Shown one piece after another: positions 1 through 9,709 of a stretch of 64,000 nt of DNA. Within the stretch, counting starts at the first letter, position 1. Every line of letters starts with the position of its first letter. Below the pieces are notes generated by a model. That model saw only the letters and a list, made by a program, of their open reading frames with translations, made no database searches and was not told the origin of the DNA. This DNA comes from a virus: positions 88,627 to 152,626 of IMG/VR virus record IMGVR_UViG_3300009553_000019. The stretch is one strand, 5' to 3'. Position numbers and translations under genes: made by a program.

Positions 1-1
1 G

Positions 2-1060
2 GATCCTAACGTTCAGAATATGCCACGACCAGAAAATGGCGGAACTCTTATTAAGAGTATGTTTATACCACCGGCTGGGTTCAAGCTTATAACTGCAGAT
101 TATTCTCAGATCGAGCTTAGAATAGCTGCACATGTTAGTAAAGAACCTGCCTGGATCTTAGCATTTAAAAATGACGAAGATTTGCATTCAGCGACTGCTA
201 AAACCTGTTTTAAGCTTGATTGTGATGTTGACGATGTAAAGAAGTTACATGCGCCAATTAGGACAAAAGCGAAGGGAGTTAACTTTGGGGTACTATACGG
301 TAGTACGGAGTATGGTCTAGCAGAAAGCCTTGGTATTTCTGTTGATGAGGCAAGGGAGTTCTTAGCCAACTACTTTAAAGGCTTGCCGACTCTAGCAAAC
401 TGGATTGACAGTACCCACAAGATGTCAGTCGAGTTGGGTTATGTTGTTAGCCCTATTGGTAGAAGAAGGCGATTGCCAGATGCACAGTTGTGGGTACCAC
501 CTAAGGTTTACAAACCACAAGGTGCCCCAAAGTGTTTTGGGGATACTAAAGAGAGTCCTTCAGTTCCATTGTTCAAAGAGCATTACAATCGTATTGATCT
601 TAAAGAGTCTCTACCAATGTTTCAAGAGACTTCGATATTTCAGCAGCAGACTAGCTCTTTAAGAAACAGGAAGTTTGAGAAGTGTCAAACCTGTCCATTG
701 ATTGGTCAGTGCATATTAGCAGTAGAGCAGAATCGACGGAAGAGAAAAGTCGATGAAGCTATGCGGCAGGGACCAAATGCAATCATCCAAGGTTTTGCTT
801 CTGACCTTGCCTGTAAAGCGTTTACTGACGTCATTGTTGAAGCTAAGCGTCATGAGATACCTTTGGTATTGAAATCTGAGGATGGTGATGGTATTCAACC
901 TGCATTGTTGGTTCATGACGACATAGGATTTTTCGCGGCAGATAGATATGTAGAACCAGCAACCAGGCTAATTAAAGACACCATGGAAAACGCATACCCA
1001 GAATGTCTCGTACCCTTGATAGCAGAACCAGCAGTATCTGAAAGATGGTCAGACAAATGA
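2..1060 (+). CDS. polA: DNA polymerase family A, C-terminal polymerase domain (5'-truncated by window)
   Basis: Frame open from window edge (DPNVQNMPR); motif A DYSQIELR, motif B RTKAKGVNFGVLYG, motif C LLVHDD; Cys-containing insert between RRRRLPD and NAIIQG. Confidence 0.95.
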   Translation, partial: DPNVQNMPRPENGGTLIKSMFIPPAGFKLITADYSQIELRIAAHVSKEPAWILAFKNDEDLHSATAKTCFKLDCDVDDVKKLHAPIRTKAKGVNFGVLYGSTEYGLAESLGISVDEAREFLANYFKGLPTLANWIDSTHKMSVELGYVVSPIGRRRRLPDAQLWVPPKVYKPQGAPKCFGDTKESPSVPLFKEHYNRIDLKESLPMFQETSIFQQQTSSLRNRKFEKCQTCPLIGQCILAVEQNRRKRKVDEAMRQGPNAIIQGFASDLACKAFTDVIVEAKRHEIPLVLKSEDGDGIQPALLVHDDIGFFAADRYVEPATRLIKDTMENAYPECLVPLIAEPAVSERWSDK

Positions 1061-1221
1061 TTAGAATGACTAGAGTTCGTTTAGAAGATTCAGTGATAAA
1101 GAAGCTTGATGCTCTGGTAAAGAAGCAAAATTTGTCATCGAATCTTGTCCAGAAATACCGCAAGCTAAAGATAACTCGATCAGATGTGACTAGATATTTG
1201 ATTGAATCAGGTTTAAAATGA
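1057..1221 (+). CDS. small ribbon-helix-helix-like DNA-binding protein (54 aa, not in ORF track)
   Basis: MIRMTRVRLEDSVIKKLDALVKK...ITRSDVTRYLIESGLK has an RHH pattern; ATGA overlaps with both neighbours. Confidence 0.65.
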   Translation: MIRMTRVRLEDSVIKKLDALVKKQNLSSNLVQKYRKLKITRSDVTRYLIESGLK

Positions 1222-1695
1222 TTGTTGGTATTACAGCTTCAAGACGGTTTAAATCAATTGACAGTCAATTGATTGATTCGAAAATTCTTGATTTGGTTAT
1301 TGCTCCTAACGTAAATGAGATAGTTTTTGGTGGTGCTAAAGGTGGGGATACAATAGCGCTTAAAGCAGCTTTGTTACATCGAGCTGGTTTATATCGACCT
1401 GGAGCTAAGCCATCGATACCAAAATTAGTGGTTATTGTCCCTGACGTGGTCAGGTCTCAACCACCAGAGACGTGGGCAATAACTGAACGAGCTGACGAGG
1501 TTGTTGAACTGCATTTGCCAATTATAAAAGATGATGGTTGGCTAGCATATCGTAAGCGTAATGAAGCTATAGTTGATCGCTGCAATCGGATGGTTGCATT
1601 TTGGACCGGTAGTTATTAATTCAGGTACTTACCAATGCATCCGTTACACAGAGAAACAGAACAAACCTGTTGAGGTGGTTCGATTACAACCCTGA
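1218..1695 (+). pseudogene. SLOG/DprA-Smf-like (YspA-type) protein split by an apparent +1 frameshift at ~1614-1620
   Basis: GGAKGGD, RNEAIVD and AFWTGS motifs; the expected C-terminus SGTYQCIRYTEKQNKPVEVV continues in the +1 frame at 1621-1695. Confidence 0.7.
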
Positions 1696-2366
1696 AGCCA
1701 AAACTTCGAAAAAAGTCTCGTAAGTGGCCAAAATCTACAGTAGCGAAGATTATCTATCTTTGGCTACAAAGAGTAGAACTAGCTGGTGAACCATTTCCGC
1801 TTACTTATGCCGAGTTGTCAAATAGGATTAAACTTGGACTACCATTAGTTTTCTCAACAATTATTGAACTTGAAACTGACGGGTTGGTTGGTAGGCGTCC
1901 TGATGGTGGGATCTATCCAATTAAAACACCTATTGGAGCAGTAATACCAATAGTTGAATTTCGTTGTCGTATTTGCGATTCACCAGAACATAATATTCTT
2001 ACCTGTCCAAAAGTTGTTGATAAGAAAAAAGCTAAGCAAGCCAGGCTCGAGGCAAAAGAGAAGGCTAAAGCAGAAGCTGATAGATTGAAGCAACAAAAGC
2101 TAGCAGATCGATTAGCAGCGAAGCAAGCTAAAGCAGAAGCTGATAGATTGAAGCAACAAAAGCTAGCAGATAGATTTGTGATTAAGGTAGACGACCAAAA
2201 TCCTGTTTTCCAGAAGAGCGGTAAGTATTGTGGTTACTGCGCAGGCCTCTGTGATAGGCGATCAAAGCCTTTTTGTAAAGGTTGTAAAGAACCTTACGCT
2301 GAACGTGGTAAAGAAGAGCTTGAAGTTTACAAAATGTCGAATATTGCATATTCAGCAGAGTCATGA
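1692..2366 (+). CDS. putative winged-helix DNA-binding protein with zinc knuckle, charged repeat and C-terminal Cys cluster
   Basis: Frame open upstream of 1815 to a CTG at 1692 that overlaps the upstream TGA; LTYAELSNRIKLG..ELETDGLV wHTH-like; CRICDSPEHNILTC; AKAEADRLKQQKLADR twice. Confidence 0.5.
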   Translation: MKPKLRKKSRKWPKSTVAKIIYLWLQRVELAGEPFPLTYAELSNRIKLGLPLVFSTIIELETDGLVGRRPDGGIYPIKTPIGAVIPIVEFRCRICDSPEHNILTCPKVVDKKKAKQARLEAKEKAKAEADRLKQQKLADRLAAKQAKAEADRLKQQKLADRFVIKVDDQNPVFQKSGKYCGYCAGLCDRRSKPFCKGCKEPYAERGKEELEVYKMSNIAYSAES

Positions 2367-2449
2367 AATCTACTGCTTTACAAGATTGAATTTGTTGTTG
2401 TTAATAAGATAGCAGATGAATCTGAACCTAAGGTAAAGACAGGTTAATA

Positions 2450-3061
2450 ATGCATTTTCACTATGATTCAGTGATAGTTGATATCGATGGGACACTAACT
2501 ATTGGAGAGAGGTTGGCAAGGAATGAACATTATGGCCAACACTCTGACTGCCCAGCTTGCCAGACAAATCTTTGTCTTAGAGGTTGTGGGAGAAACTTAG
2601 GGCCTTACGAAGAATGTTCATGTGACTTAGAACCCACTGATGCTTATGTAACTCAATCCAGGATTAGGTGGGATGAGTTTTACAAAGCAGCATCAGCTGA
2701 TAAACCACAAACAAAAGCTTTAGACTTTGTTACGACCCTACATGAAAATATTCGTAACTTTTACTATCTTACAGGTAGGCCAAGTGCTCAAGGTAGTGTG
2801 AATGTTCGACAGCTAACAGTGGATTGGCTAATTCAGCATGGTTTTCCTTTTGTTGGTGAGGATCGACTGTTGATGCGGCCAGTTGATTCGTATGGCAAAT
2901 CAAGTGAGGTTAAGAGGGAGATTTTAGTTCCCCTATTACCTCAACTTGGAAAGCATGTTTTAGCTATTGATGACGAGGATAACAACCTCAAGATGTTTCA
3001 CGAACTTGGCTTCACTACTATGAAGAGTCCTTATTGCTGGGAAAGAATTAGCTTGGTATAA
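2450..3061 (+). CDS. HAD-family phosphatase (polynucleotide kinase 3'-phosphatase-like) with Cys-rich insert
   Basis: DIDGTL, LTGRP, LLMRP, K and IDD HAD motifs. Confidence 0.85.
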   Translation: MHFHYDSVIVDIDGTLTIGERLARNEHYGQHSDCPACQTNLCLRGCGRNLGPYEECSCDLEPTDAYVTQSRIRWDEFYKAASADKPQTKALDFVTTLHENIRNFYYLTGRPSAQGSVNVRQLTVDWLIQHGFPFVGEDRLLMRPVDSYGKSSEVKREILVPLLPQLGKHVLAIDDEDNNLKMFHELGFTTMKSPYCWERISLV

Positions 3062-3074
3062 TAGCTAAGCTAGA

Positions 3075-4217
3075 ATGTTCCAAGCATCAGCAATTCGGTA
3101 CAGACCACAGAGATTTTCAGAAGTTTTAGGTCAAGCGGCTACTGTCAGAATACTACAAAACGCTGTTTGTGAAAACAGAATTGCAAACGCTTTTTTATTC
3201 TGTGGTCCTAGAGGGACTGGTAAAACATCTCTAGCTAGGTTGTTAGCTAAGGTTCTCAACTGCGACGATCTTCCAAGGCAGTTGAAAGAAGGGGTTAAAA
3301 AACCTGAGCCTTGTGGAACTTGCGGAGAATGTCAAGATCTAGTAAAGGGTGCCAGCACTGAAACGATTGAGATGGATGCAGCATCTCATCGAGGCATTGA
3401 CGATGCTAAGGCACTTCGTTCAATAGCTGATCAGATGCCAAAGCCAGGCAAGTGGCGTATTGTCATATTGGACGAATGTCACATGCTTACGAACGAAGCA
3501 CAAAACGCTTTACTAGCTCTATTTGAATCTCCACCAACTAGTTTTTTACCAATTCTTTGCACTACGGATCCACAACAGGTAAAACCTACAATTAAGTCTA
3601 GGTGTCAGACTTACAATATCAAACCCCTTCCACCAATCAATGTAGAAGAAAGTTTGAAGAGGATTTTTGCTGATGCTAAGCAACCTGTACAACAAGAGGT
3701 TGTAACATCGTTAGCAATTAGTTCTGAGGGTTCTTTAAGAGATGTGCAACAGGTAGCGGACCAGTTAATTGCTTGTGCTAATGGTGAGCTAATAGATTCT
3801 GAACTGTTTGAGGCAGTAACAGGTTACCCATCAATTCTGCTCTATAAACGAGTAGCTGGTGCTTTGATTGAGGGGATGTCTGATCCAGCCATCTGGTATG
3901 AAAGCGTTGATGAGTGGTGGAGAGAAGGGGTAAACTTCCACTCACTTTTCTATACAGTACTGACAACCTTAACTAGAGATTTTCGGATAGCTCTGGTCAG
4001 TAAGGGTAAATCAGCTCCGTGTGTACCTTATTGGAGTGGGATTCCCCACCAGGTGTTTGAAGATCGAATGACGTTGACTCATAACCATCTCGATGCTATG
4101 ATTCAATCTTGGGACGAGACTGTTAAGATGTTTGGAAAGGTTTCTGAACGAGCGGATATAGAGGGTTGGTTTATTAGAGCTTGGGATCAATGTAGATGGG
4201 AACAGAAACATGGATAA
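3075..4217 (+). CDS. dnaX: DNA polymerase III gamma/tau clamp-loader subunit
   Basis: RYRPQRFSEVLGQ, GPRGTGKTS, Zn module, EMDAAS, ILDECHML, SRCQ, GSLRD. Confidence 0.95.
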   Translation: MFQASAIRYRPQRFSEVLGQAATVRILQNAVCENRIANAFLFCGPRGTGKTSLARLLAKVLNCDDLPRQLKEGVKKPEPCGTCGECQDLVKGASTETIEMDAASHRGIDDAKALRSIADQMPKPGKWRIVILDECHMLTNEAQNALLALFESPPTSFLPILCTTDPQQVKPTIKSRCQTYNIKPLPPINVEESLKRIFADAKQPVQQEVVTSLAISSEGSLRDVQQVADQLIACANGELIDSELFEAVTGYPSILLYKRVAGALIEGMSDPAIWYESVDEWWREGVNFHSLFYTVLTTLTRDFRIALVSKGKSAPCVPYWSGIPHQVFEDRMTLTHNHLDAMIQSWDETVKMFGKVSERADIEGWFIRAWDQCRWEQKHG

Positions 4218-4521
4218 GCGGGATAAAGAGATTGTAATTCATTCAATTGGTGGGTTGGTTTTTGGGGTGTTTATTTCAAGTATCATATGGCATGGGTACG
4301 TTAGCAGTAACCAAATCACTCTGAATGGGAAAATCGATAGACAGAATTGGGAAATCGATTACTTGAAGGCGGAACTGACTTTCAAAAATGAAATTAAGTT
4401 TGCTCTTGACAACAACATTCTAGGGTTTTCATGTCACGTAAATGAATGCTCTGGTATTCTTAACGATAAGCCAGTAGCATGGAAATGTACTTCCGAATCT
4501 TGCAAATTTGAGTGCAAGTGA
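4210..4521 (+). CDS. hypothetical membrane-anchored protein
   Basis: N-terminal hydrophobic helix, short coiled coil, four C-terminal Cys. Confidence 0.5.
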   Translation: MDKRDKEIVIHSIGGLVFGVFISSIIWHGYVSSNQITLNGKIDRQNWEIDYLKAELTFKNEIKFALDNNILGFSCHVNECSGILNDKPVAWKCTSESCKFECK

Positions 4522-4710
4522 GTGCGTCTTCCAACCCCGCTTCAGATACGTTGCCCAGTCCCAGTTTGTCGATTTGAGTGGATGAGATGCAGGGGTGGGA
4601 CTCTGAAGAAATCTGGTGAGTTGGTCAGGAAGTACGTATGTCCTGCTTGTGGAGAAACAGAAATTGTGAAACGATTCGAAGCAGTTCCAAACTTTAAAAA
4701 GAGGTTGTGA
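4522..4710 (+). CDS. small zinc-ribbon protein
   Basis: CPVPVC...CPAC; abuts neighbouring genes. Confidence 0.5.
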   Translation: MRLPTPLQIRCPVPVCRFEWMRCRGGTLKKSGELVRKYVCPACGETEIVKRFEAVPNFKKRL

Positions 4711-4958
4711 TGTCAGATCAGAAACCAACTAGTTTAGATGATTACAAGGCGAAAAAAGAGCAGGAGCATGCTAATCGAGTCATTCAGCTGTTCAAGGATC
4801 ATCCTGAGCTAGCTAAAGAAGCTATCGTAGTATATGCACCAGAAGGTGGTGAAGGTGTAGTGTTAGCACCAGAGCATCTTGGTACAACTTTTGTTGTGGG
4901 TCTGCTAGAAGCAGCTAAGTTTGGTATTCTAGCATCTTCAATGCAAGATCCTACATGA
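4707..4958 (+). CDS. hypothetical protein
   Basis: ORF coupled to neighbours by overlapping stop/start. Confidence 0.55.
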   Translation: MMSDQKPTSLDDYKAKKEQEHANRVIQLFKDHPELAKEAIVVYAPEGGEGVVLAPEHLGTTFVVGLLEAAKFGILASSMQDPT

Positions 4959-5935
4959 GCATTACTCAAATCAAGATGGATATCTCCTCTCCAGAGGAGC
5001 AGACTTTAACCATTCTTCAGAATGGTGTTGAGATCCAATACAACATGGTTCAGCTTCTTAGGTTTAGGGAAAACCTAGTAGAAGAGATGGCCATGCATGC
5101 TTCTAATCAATCGTATTGGGAGCAATCCGCTATTGATCTTGAATTCAAGCGGATGGAGTTTGAGGAGAGTGGTTATGCAATCTGGTGGACGCATGCTAGA
5201 AGATATGCTAAGTATTATGCTACTGCAGCCAATCTAAAAGAAACGCTGGAATCAGTAAAAGACTGTGTCATCTCGTTGTTTAGCGAGAATGTTCCTGAAG
5301 ACGAGCGGCTAGTCCTAATTGAGGAATCGTTTCGAGGTTTCTTACTGGGAAAGCATGGCACACAAAAGAAGGTAGATGATTTTTACAGTGATGCTGAGAA
5401 TAGGCAAGTCTATGCTGATGACTTAGCAAAGTTTACTCAGCACGCTTTGATGTTTCAGAAAGAGGGTTGGAGTTACGAAAAGATCGAGGCTACAAAACGG
5501 AACCTGATGGAGATGGCTAAGCGGATGGGTAGGTTTGCATCAACCTACGGAGAGCGAGCTTTCAAGATGAAAGAAGTCGCTGATCATGACTTAGCTAAGT
5601 ATGGAAACATCAGTTCTCAGAATCAGTTGAGTAGGTACAATACTCAAGAGAGTAGGCCACCAAGTAGGGCTAGTCAGCCTCCAGCGGATTATAGCCCATT
5701 ACAACCTCTAGTAAATACCCCAACTGTAGTTTCAACACCATCTCAGAAAACTTTTTGTAACCTATGTGGTCAGCTTCAGTTTATGACCCCAGCTGGAATT
5801 ACATGCCCTAATGGTCATGGTGGGGCTGACTCTTATCCTGATCCTTTTCAACCAGACGAAAAAGCTACGAATAAACAAACCCCTCTTACGACAACTTCTA
5901 AACGTCGTATGAATATGCCAAAAGAAAACAAATAA
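4955..5935 (+). CDS. helical protein, possible UvsY-like recombination mediator, with C-terminal zinc ribbon
   Basis: L..EMA.HASNQSYW pattern and position upstream of SSB-like and recA genes; CNLC..CPNGH. Confidence 0.4.
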   Translation: MSITQIKMDISSPEEQTLTILQNGVEIQYNMVQLLRFRENLVEEMAMHASNQSYWEQSAIDLEFKRMEFEESGYAIWWTHARRYAKYYATAANLKETLESVKDCVISLFSENVPEDERLVLIEESFRGFLLGKHGTQKKVDDFYSDAENRQVYADDLAKFTQHALMFQKEGWSYEKIEATKRNLMEMAKRMGRFASTYGERAFKMKEVADHDLAKYGNISSQNQLSRYNTQESRPPSRASQPPADYSPLQPLVNTPTVVSTPSQKTFCNLCGQLQFMTPAGITCPNGHGGADSYPDPFQPDEKATNKQTPLTTTSKRRMNMPKENK

Positions 5936-5965
5936 GCCCAATAAGGCGAAAAGAGAGAAGAGACA

Positions 5966-7096
5966 ATGGGACGAACTATGAATATGCCTATCAAGGCAGA
6001 CGTTGAAGATCTTAACAAGCAAGGTGGGGGTGGAAGCCGTTCAGCTAGCATTCTTTACGCGCCTTTGCCAGTTGGGCAGCATGCCACCACCAAGGTTGGT
6101 AACAAAATCTTCTTTGGACTTTTTAGCCCAGCAAAGTGGAGTCTGTTTCAACAGGACAACCACATCCTAAAGAAGGGCGCATTACCCGATGGGCTATGGA
6201 CTTTTTATTTCAAGTTGGTGGGTCACTATGTAGATAGTACTGACTCACTCGGTAAGAATCGTTCACAGTTTATTCTCTGCCCTACAGAGACTAATAAGTA
6301 TTTGGTTGATGTTTTGAAGTATCAACCACTCTTTAAAGATGGTCGATGTCGCTATTGTGAAGAAAATAAAGCCTGGTGGGCAAAGTTCGAAAATCGTTGG
6401 GCAACATCAAAACTTGATGGTTCCGCTCTCAATCCTGATCGTTGGGGTTATGATAAAGACACCTATAAGAAGATTTTGTCACAAAATCCTGATTTGAATC
6501 AAATCAAGGATGAAGCAGGAAAGTGGCAAGCTGGACCACGATGGGTTTTCCAGGTTTTTGATATGGCTAAGTTAGCTCTTGAGCGCCCTTTTGATGAGGG
6601 TGAGAATCAAGTCGACTATCAGTTCTATCTTGGACCAAAGACTGTTTTTGAAGGGTTGAATAACCTAGCTGAAAACGGAATTGCATTTTACGATGCAGAT
6701 AAGCCTCAGCAAATACTTTTGACAAAAGACTGTACTGAAGGTGGTCCACGCCAGGCAAAGTATACTGTTTTGAATCTTGGTCCATTGCCAGTTAATCCTG
6801 AAGAAATGGCTTATCTTCAGGATGATAACTCACTACCAGACATGCCCTGGGGAGCTCCATTTTCTGAAGGCACTGTTCTTTGTGTTCAAAGCTATGATGA
6901 GATGGTGTCATTCAAGTTTGGGGTTCCAACTTCAAGTCATCTCACTGCTCCAACCCCTACACAGACAGTTCAAGGTAATTCGAATGTTCAAGTAGGTGGT
7001 TCAGTAACTGCAGTTGATCAACCAGCTGTTCAACCAGTGGCTAGTACAACTGCAGGTGCTCAACCAACTCGTCGTCGTGGTAACAATTCTTGGTGA
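5966..7096 (+). CDS. putative phage ssDNA-binding protein (gp32-like)
   Basis: H..C..CxxC Zn site, OB-like motifs (RWVFQVFD, LLTK..G..AKYTV), disordered tail, directly upstream of recA. Confidence 0.6.
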   Translation: MGRTMNMPIKADVEDLNKQGGGGSRSASILYAPLPVGQHATTKVGNKIFFGLFSPAKWSLFQQDNHILKKGALPDGLWTFYFKLVGHYVDSTDSLGKNRSQFILCPTETNKYLVDVLKYQPLFKDGRCRYCEENKAWWAKFENRWATSKLDGSALNPDRWGYDKDTYKKILSQNPDLNQIKDEAGKWQAGPRWVFQVFDMAKLALERPFDEGENQVDYQFYLGPKTVFEGLNNLAENGIAFYDADKPQQILLTKDCTEGGPRQAKYTVLNLGPLPVNPEEMAYLQDDNSLPDMPWGAPFSEGTVLCVQSYDEMVSFKFGVPTSSHLTAPTPTQTVQGNSNVQVGGSVTAVDQPAVQPVASTTAGAQPTRRRGNNSW

Positions 7097-7110
7097 GTTG
7101 AGGTAATAAC

Positions 7111-8226
7111 ATGGCTGCAGCTAAAGCTCCTATCATTAAGGTTCCAGATTTTCATGAACGTATTCTATCGATTACTAAGCATGTAGAATCTCAGGTGGAG
7201 GGAGCTTCGCTGCAGACTATGCACGGAGAGATCCCGAAGATTCCAGTGCTATCTTCGGGATCTCTTACTCTTGATAGATGTCTTGGAGTAGGTGGGTATC
7301 CGTTAGGCAGAATCGTAGAAGTGTTTGGTCCTTACAGTGCAGGTAAAACCACACTTACATTGCATGCTATAGCCTCAGCTATGAAGAGTGGTGGAATTGC
7401 TGCCTTCATTGATGCAGAGCATGCATTGGACATGACATATGCAAAAGCTCTAGGAGTTGATCCAGAGAAGTTGATTCTATGTCAACCTGACTTTGGTGAG
7501 CAGGGGTTGGCAGTCGTAGATCACCTTCTTGACACTGGAATGTTTAAGAAGGGTGACATCATTGTAGTAGATTCTGTGGCGGCTTTGACACCTAAAACCA
7601 TCATAGAGGGTGAGATTGATAAGCAAACGATGGCAGTAGCTGCTAGGATGATGTCCACTGCTATGGGTAAGCTTAAAGGAAAAGTAAGTCAGTCCGGTGT
7701 ACTACTTTACTTTACGAATCAAATTCGAGAAACTTTGAGCCAGTATGGCCCTGCTACTGATACTCCTGGTGGTGGTGCGCTGAAGTTCTATTCGTCGATT
7801 AGGGTAGAAATCAAGAAAGTCTCTACTGTAATGGTTGGTGTTCCTGGAACGAGTGAGCAGAAAGCGATCGCCAACATCACCAAGGTTAAAGTGGTAAAGA
7901 ATAAGGTAGCACCACCATTCATGGAAGCGGAACTCACTATTCGATATGGTGAAGGTGTTTCTAGATTCGATGAGATTATTGATGTTGGTTCCAAGTTTAA
8001 CGTGATTCAGAAGAATGGTAGCTTCTATAAGTTTGCAGGGCAAACTCTTGGACAAGGAAAAGAGACTGCTATGAGAAACTTGAAGAATGATCCTACACTA
8101 GCTGATGAACTTTTCAATCTGATTTCACATCGATCAGTAACAGGTGAATGTGATGACATCCCACCTAGAGCTAAGATCTGGACAAAAGATGTTGTGATTG
8201 ATACTACAGCGGAGTTACCATCATGA
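7111..8226 (+). CDS. recA: RecA recombinase
   Basis: SSGSLTLD, GPYSAGKTT, FIDAEHALD, VVDSVAAL, NQIRE, GGGALKFYSSIR, KNKVAPPF. Confidence 0.98.
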   Translation: MAAAKAPIIKVPDFHERILSITKHVESQVEGASLQTMHGEIPKIPVLSSGSLTLDRCLGVGGYPLGRIVEVFGPYSAGKTTLTLHAIASAMKSGGIAAFIDAEHALDMTYAKALGVDPEKLILCQPDFGEQGLAVVDHLLDTGMFKKGDIIVVDSVAALTPKTIIEGEIDKQTMAVAARMMSTAMGKLKGKVSQSGVLLYFTNQIRETLSQYGPATDTPGGGALKFYSSIRVEIKKVSTVMVGVPGTSEQKAIANITKVKVVKNKVAPPFMEAELTIRYGEGVSRFDEIIDVGSKFNVIQKNGSFYKFAGQTLGQGKETAMRNLKNDPTLADELFNLISHRSVTGECDDIPPRAKIWTKDVVIDTTAELPS

Positions 8227-8543
8227 AACAACCAATTGAGAACGACTTTTATAAAGATGACGATGGTAATCCAGCTGGTGGAACATCACATGCTTTTGGT
8301 ATCGCTATTGATTGGCAAGATGGCCCAGTAGCCGATTATCGACCTGAATCTGCTAATGGTGCTTTTGTGGAGACTTTGATTCAGATGGCAGTAGACAGGT
8401 TAACCTTCTACCAAACCTCAAAATTTTCGTGTGAAGAGAATGCCACTGCTATTTTGAATCTAAAGCTGGCGTTGGAAGCTTTAGATAAGCGTACTGCTAA
8501 TAATAGAAAAGCTAGGGGTGTAGAAGGAACACACATACCGTGA
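8223..8543 (+). CDS. tad1: Tad1-family anti-defence sponge protein (Thoeris/CBASS signal sequestration)
   Basis: WQDGP..NG...LI..AVDRL.FYQ.SKFSCEENA.AI..L..AL..L.KRT.NRKARGVEGTH matches the Tad1 pattern FQ.G..NG..DRL..FQ..F..RENA.A...LEEAL...R..R.V.GT. Confidence 0.75.
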   Translation: MKQPIENDFYKDDDGNPAGGTSHAFGIAIDWQDGPVADYRPESANGAFVETLIQMAVDRLTFYQTSKFSCEENATAILNLKLALEALDKRTANNRKARGVEGTHIP

Positions 8544-9709
8544 AGCAGATCTCGTTTGGGGTATTCACAGATATCCACTACGCGAATCCCTACGGAAGCG
8601 GGGTTACAGTAGAAGACGTAGCATCTGTTGAAAGACAGTTTACAAATCTCTGCATCGAGCGTAAGGTAGATTTCGCCATCTTTGCAGGTGATAGATTTTT
8701 AAGTCATACACCAGATGATGTTAGCCGTTTGCATGCGGATCGTGAGCAACGATATCGAAATGATTCTGGTATTGTAACATTTTCTGAGTTGGGCAATCAT
8801 GACTGGCAAGGAAAAACAGCCCATACTGGCCATAGCAATAGATTTGCAAAAGAATTGTGGCCAGATATCCATCAGAATTTGGTGATTATGGACACCCCTG
8901 GAACCTATACGCACGATAAAGTTCCAGACGTTCGAATACATGCACTGCCGGCTGGTTCAGAGTTTACTTGGGATTGTTACAAGATTCCAGGGCAACATAG
9001 CAAAACTGGCTGGGATATTTTGGTGTTTCATGATTTGTTAGCTGGCACTATCATTGATGTTCAGTCTCAGTTTAAGATGAACACTGGTATGAACAGGGAC
9101 TCACTTGACCATCCAGAGTTTGATTTGGTGTTGGGAGGAGATGTACACATTCCTCAAAAGATTGAATTCAAGTTTACTCGAGGTGGTTACATTGGTTCCT
9201 GCATTCAACAAAGCAGACGGGATAGAGGTGATAGTAGGGGTTTTGTTTTCTTTACTTTGGGTGAACGTGTTGACCATGTTGCTAGTATCACTAGTGAATT
9301 CGTTCCGAGTATCTGCCCACATTTTGTAGATGTTGAATGGGATGTTGGACTTAACAACCGATTTCCAACCTCTCAAGAAATTGAAGCAATAGTCCAAGCA
9401 TCTTATGGTGAGGGTTGTAAGGGGAATATTGTAGATTTGGTTTTTACAGGTCCTAGACTAGCTTTAGAGAAGATCCCAACCAACTACGCAAAGACTATGG
9501 AACTAGAGTTGCAAGCTAGACGAGTTAATCCACCGACTAAGGTTCAACCTGTTGTTCTAACAATGGGGTCTAATCTGACATTAACAAAAACCACATCACC
9601 GGAGCAAGATTTAGATGCTTTTGTCAAGTCTGGAAAGCAGAACTTGAACGGTTTAGATCTTGAGCGTGTGCTAGAAAAAGGCAACAAAGTATTGGAGCAG
9701 CTTCGATGA
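8540..9709 (+). CDS. sbcD: SbcD/Mre11-like metallophosphoesterase nuclease
   Basis: TDIH, AGDRF, GNHD, VFH, GDVH motifs; linked to an SbcC-like gene. Confidence 0.88.
   Translation: MKQISFGVFTDIHYANPYGSGVTVEDVASVERQFTNLCIERKVDFAIFAGDRFLSHTPDDVSRLHADREQRYRNDSGIVTFSELGNHDWQGKTAHTGHSNRFAKELWPDIHQNLVIMDTPGTYTHDKVPDVRIHALPAGSEFTWDCYKIPGQHSKTGWDILVFHDLLAGTIIDVQSQFKMNTGMNRDSLDHPEFDLVLGGDVHIPQKIEFKFTRGGYIGSCIQQSRRDRGDSRGFVFFTLGERVDHVASITSEFVPSICPHFVDVEWDVGLNNRFPTSQEIEAIVQASYGEGCKGNIVDLVFTGPRLALEKIPTNYAKTMELELQARRVNPPTKVQPVVLTMGSNLTLTKTTSPEQDLDAFVKSGKQNLNGLDLERVLEKGNKVLEQLR

Noticed and set aside
470-760. Intein or intron in polA (also considered for recA and terL)
   Set aside because: No intein terminal residues (C/S...HN followed by C/S/T), no homing endonuclease motifs, and the frames are uninterrupted.
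2064-2171. Approximately 45-bp direct repeat as a regulatory or mobile feature
   Set aside because: It is an in-frame duplication encoding a charged helix.
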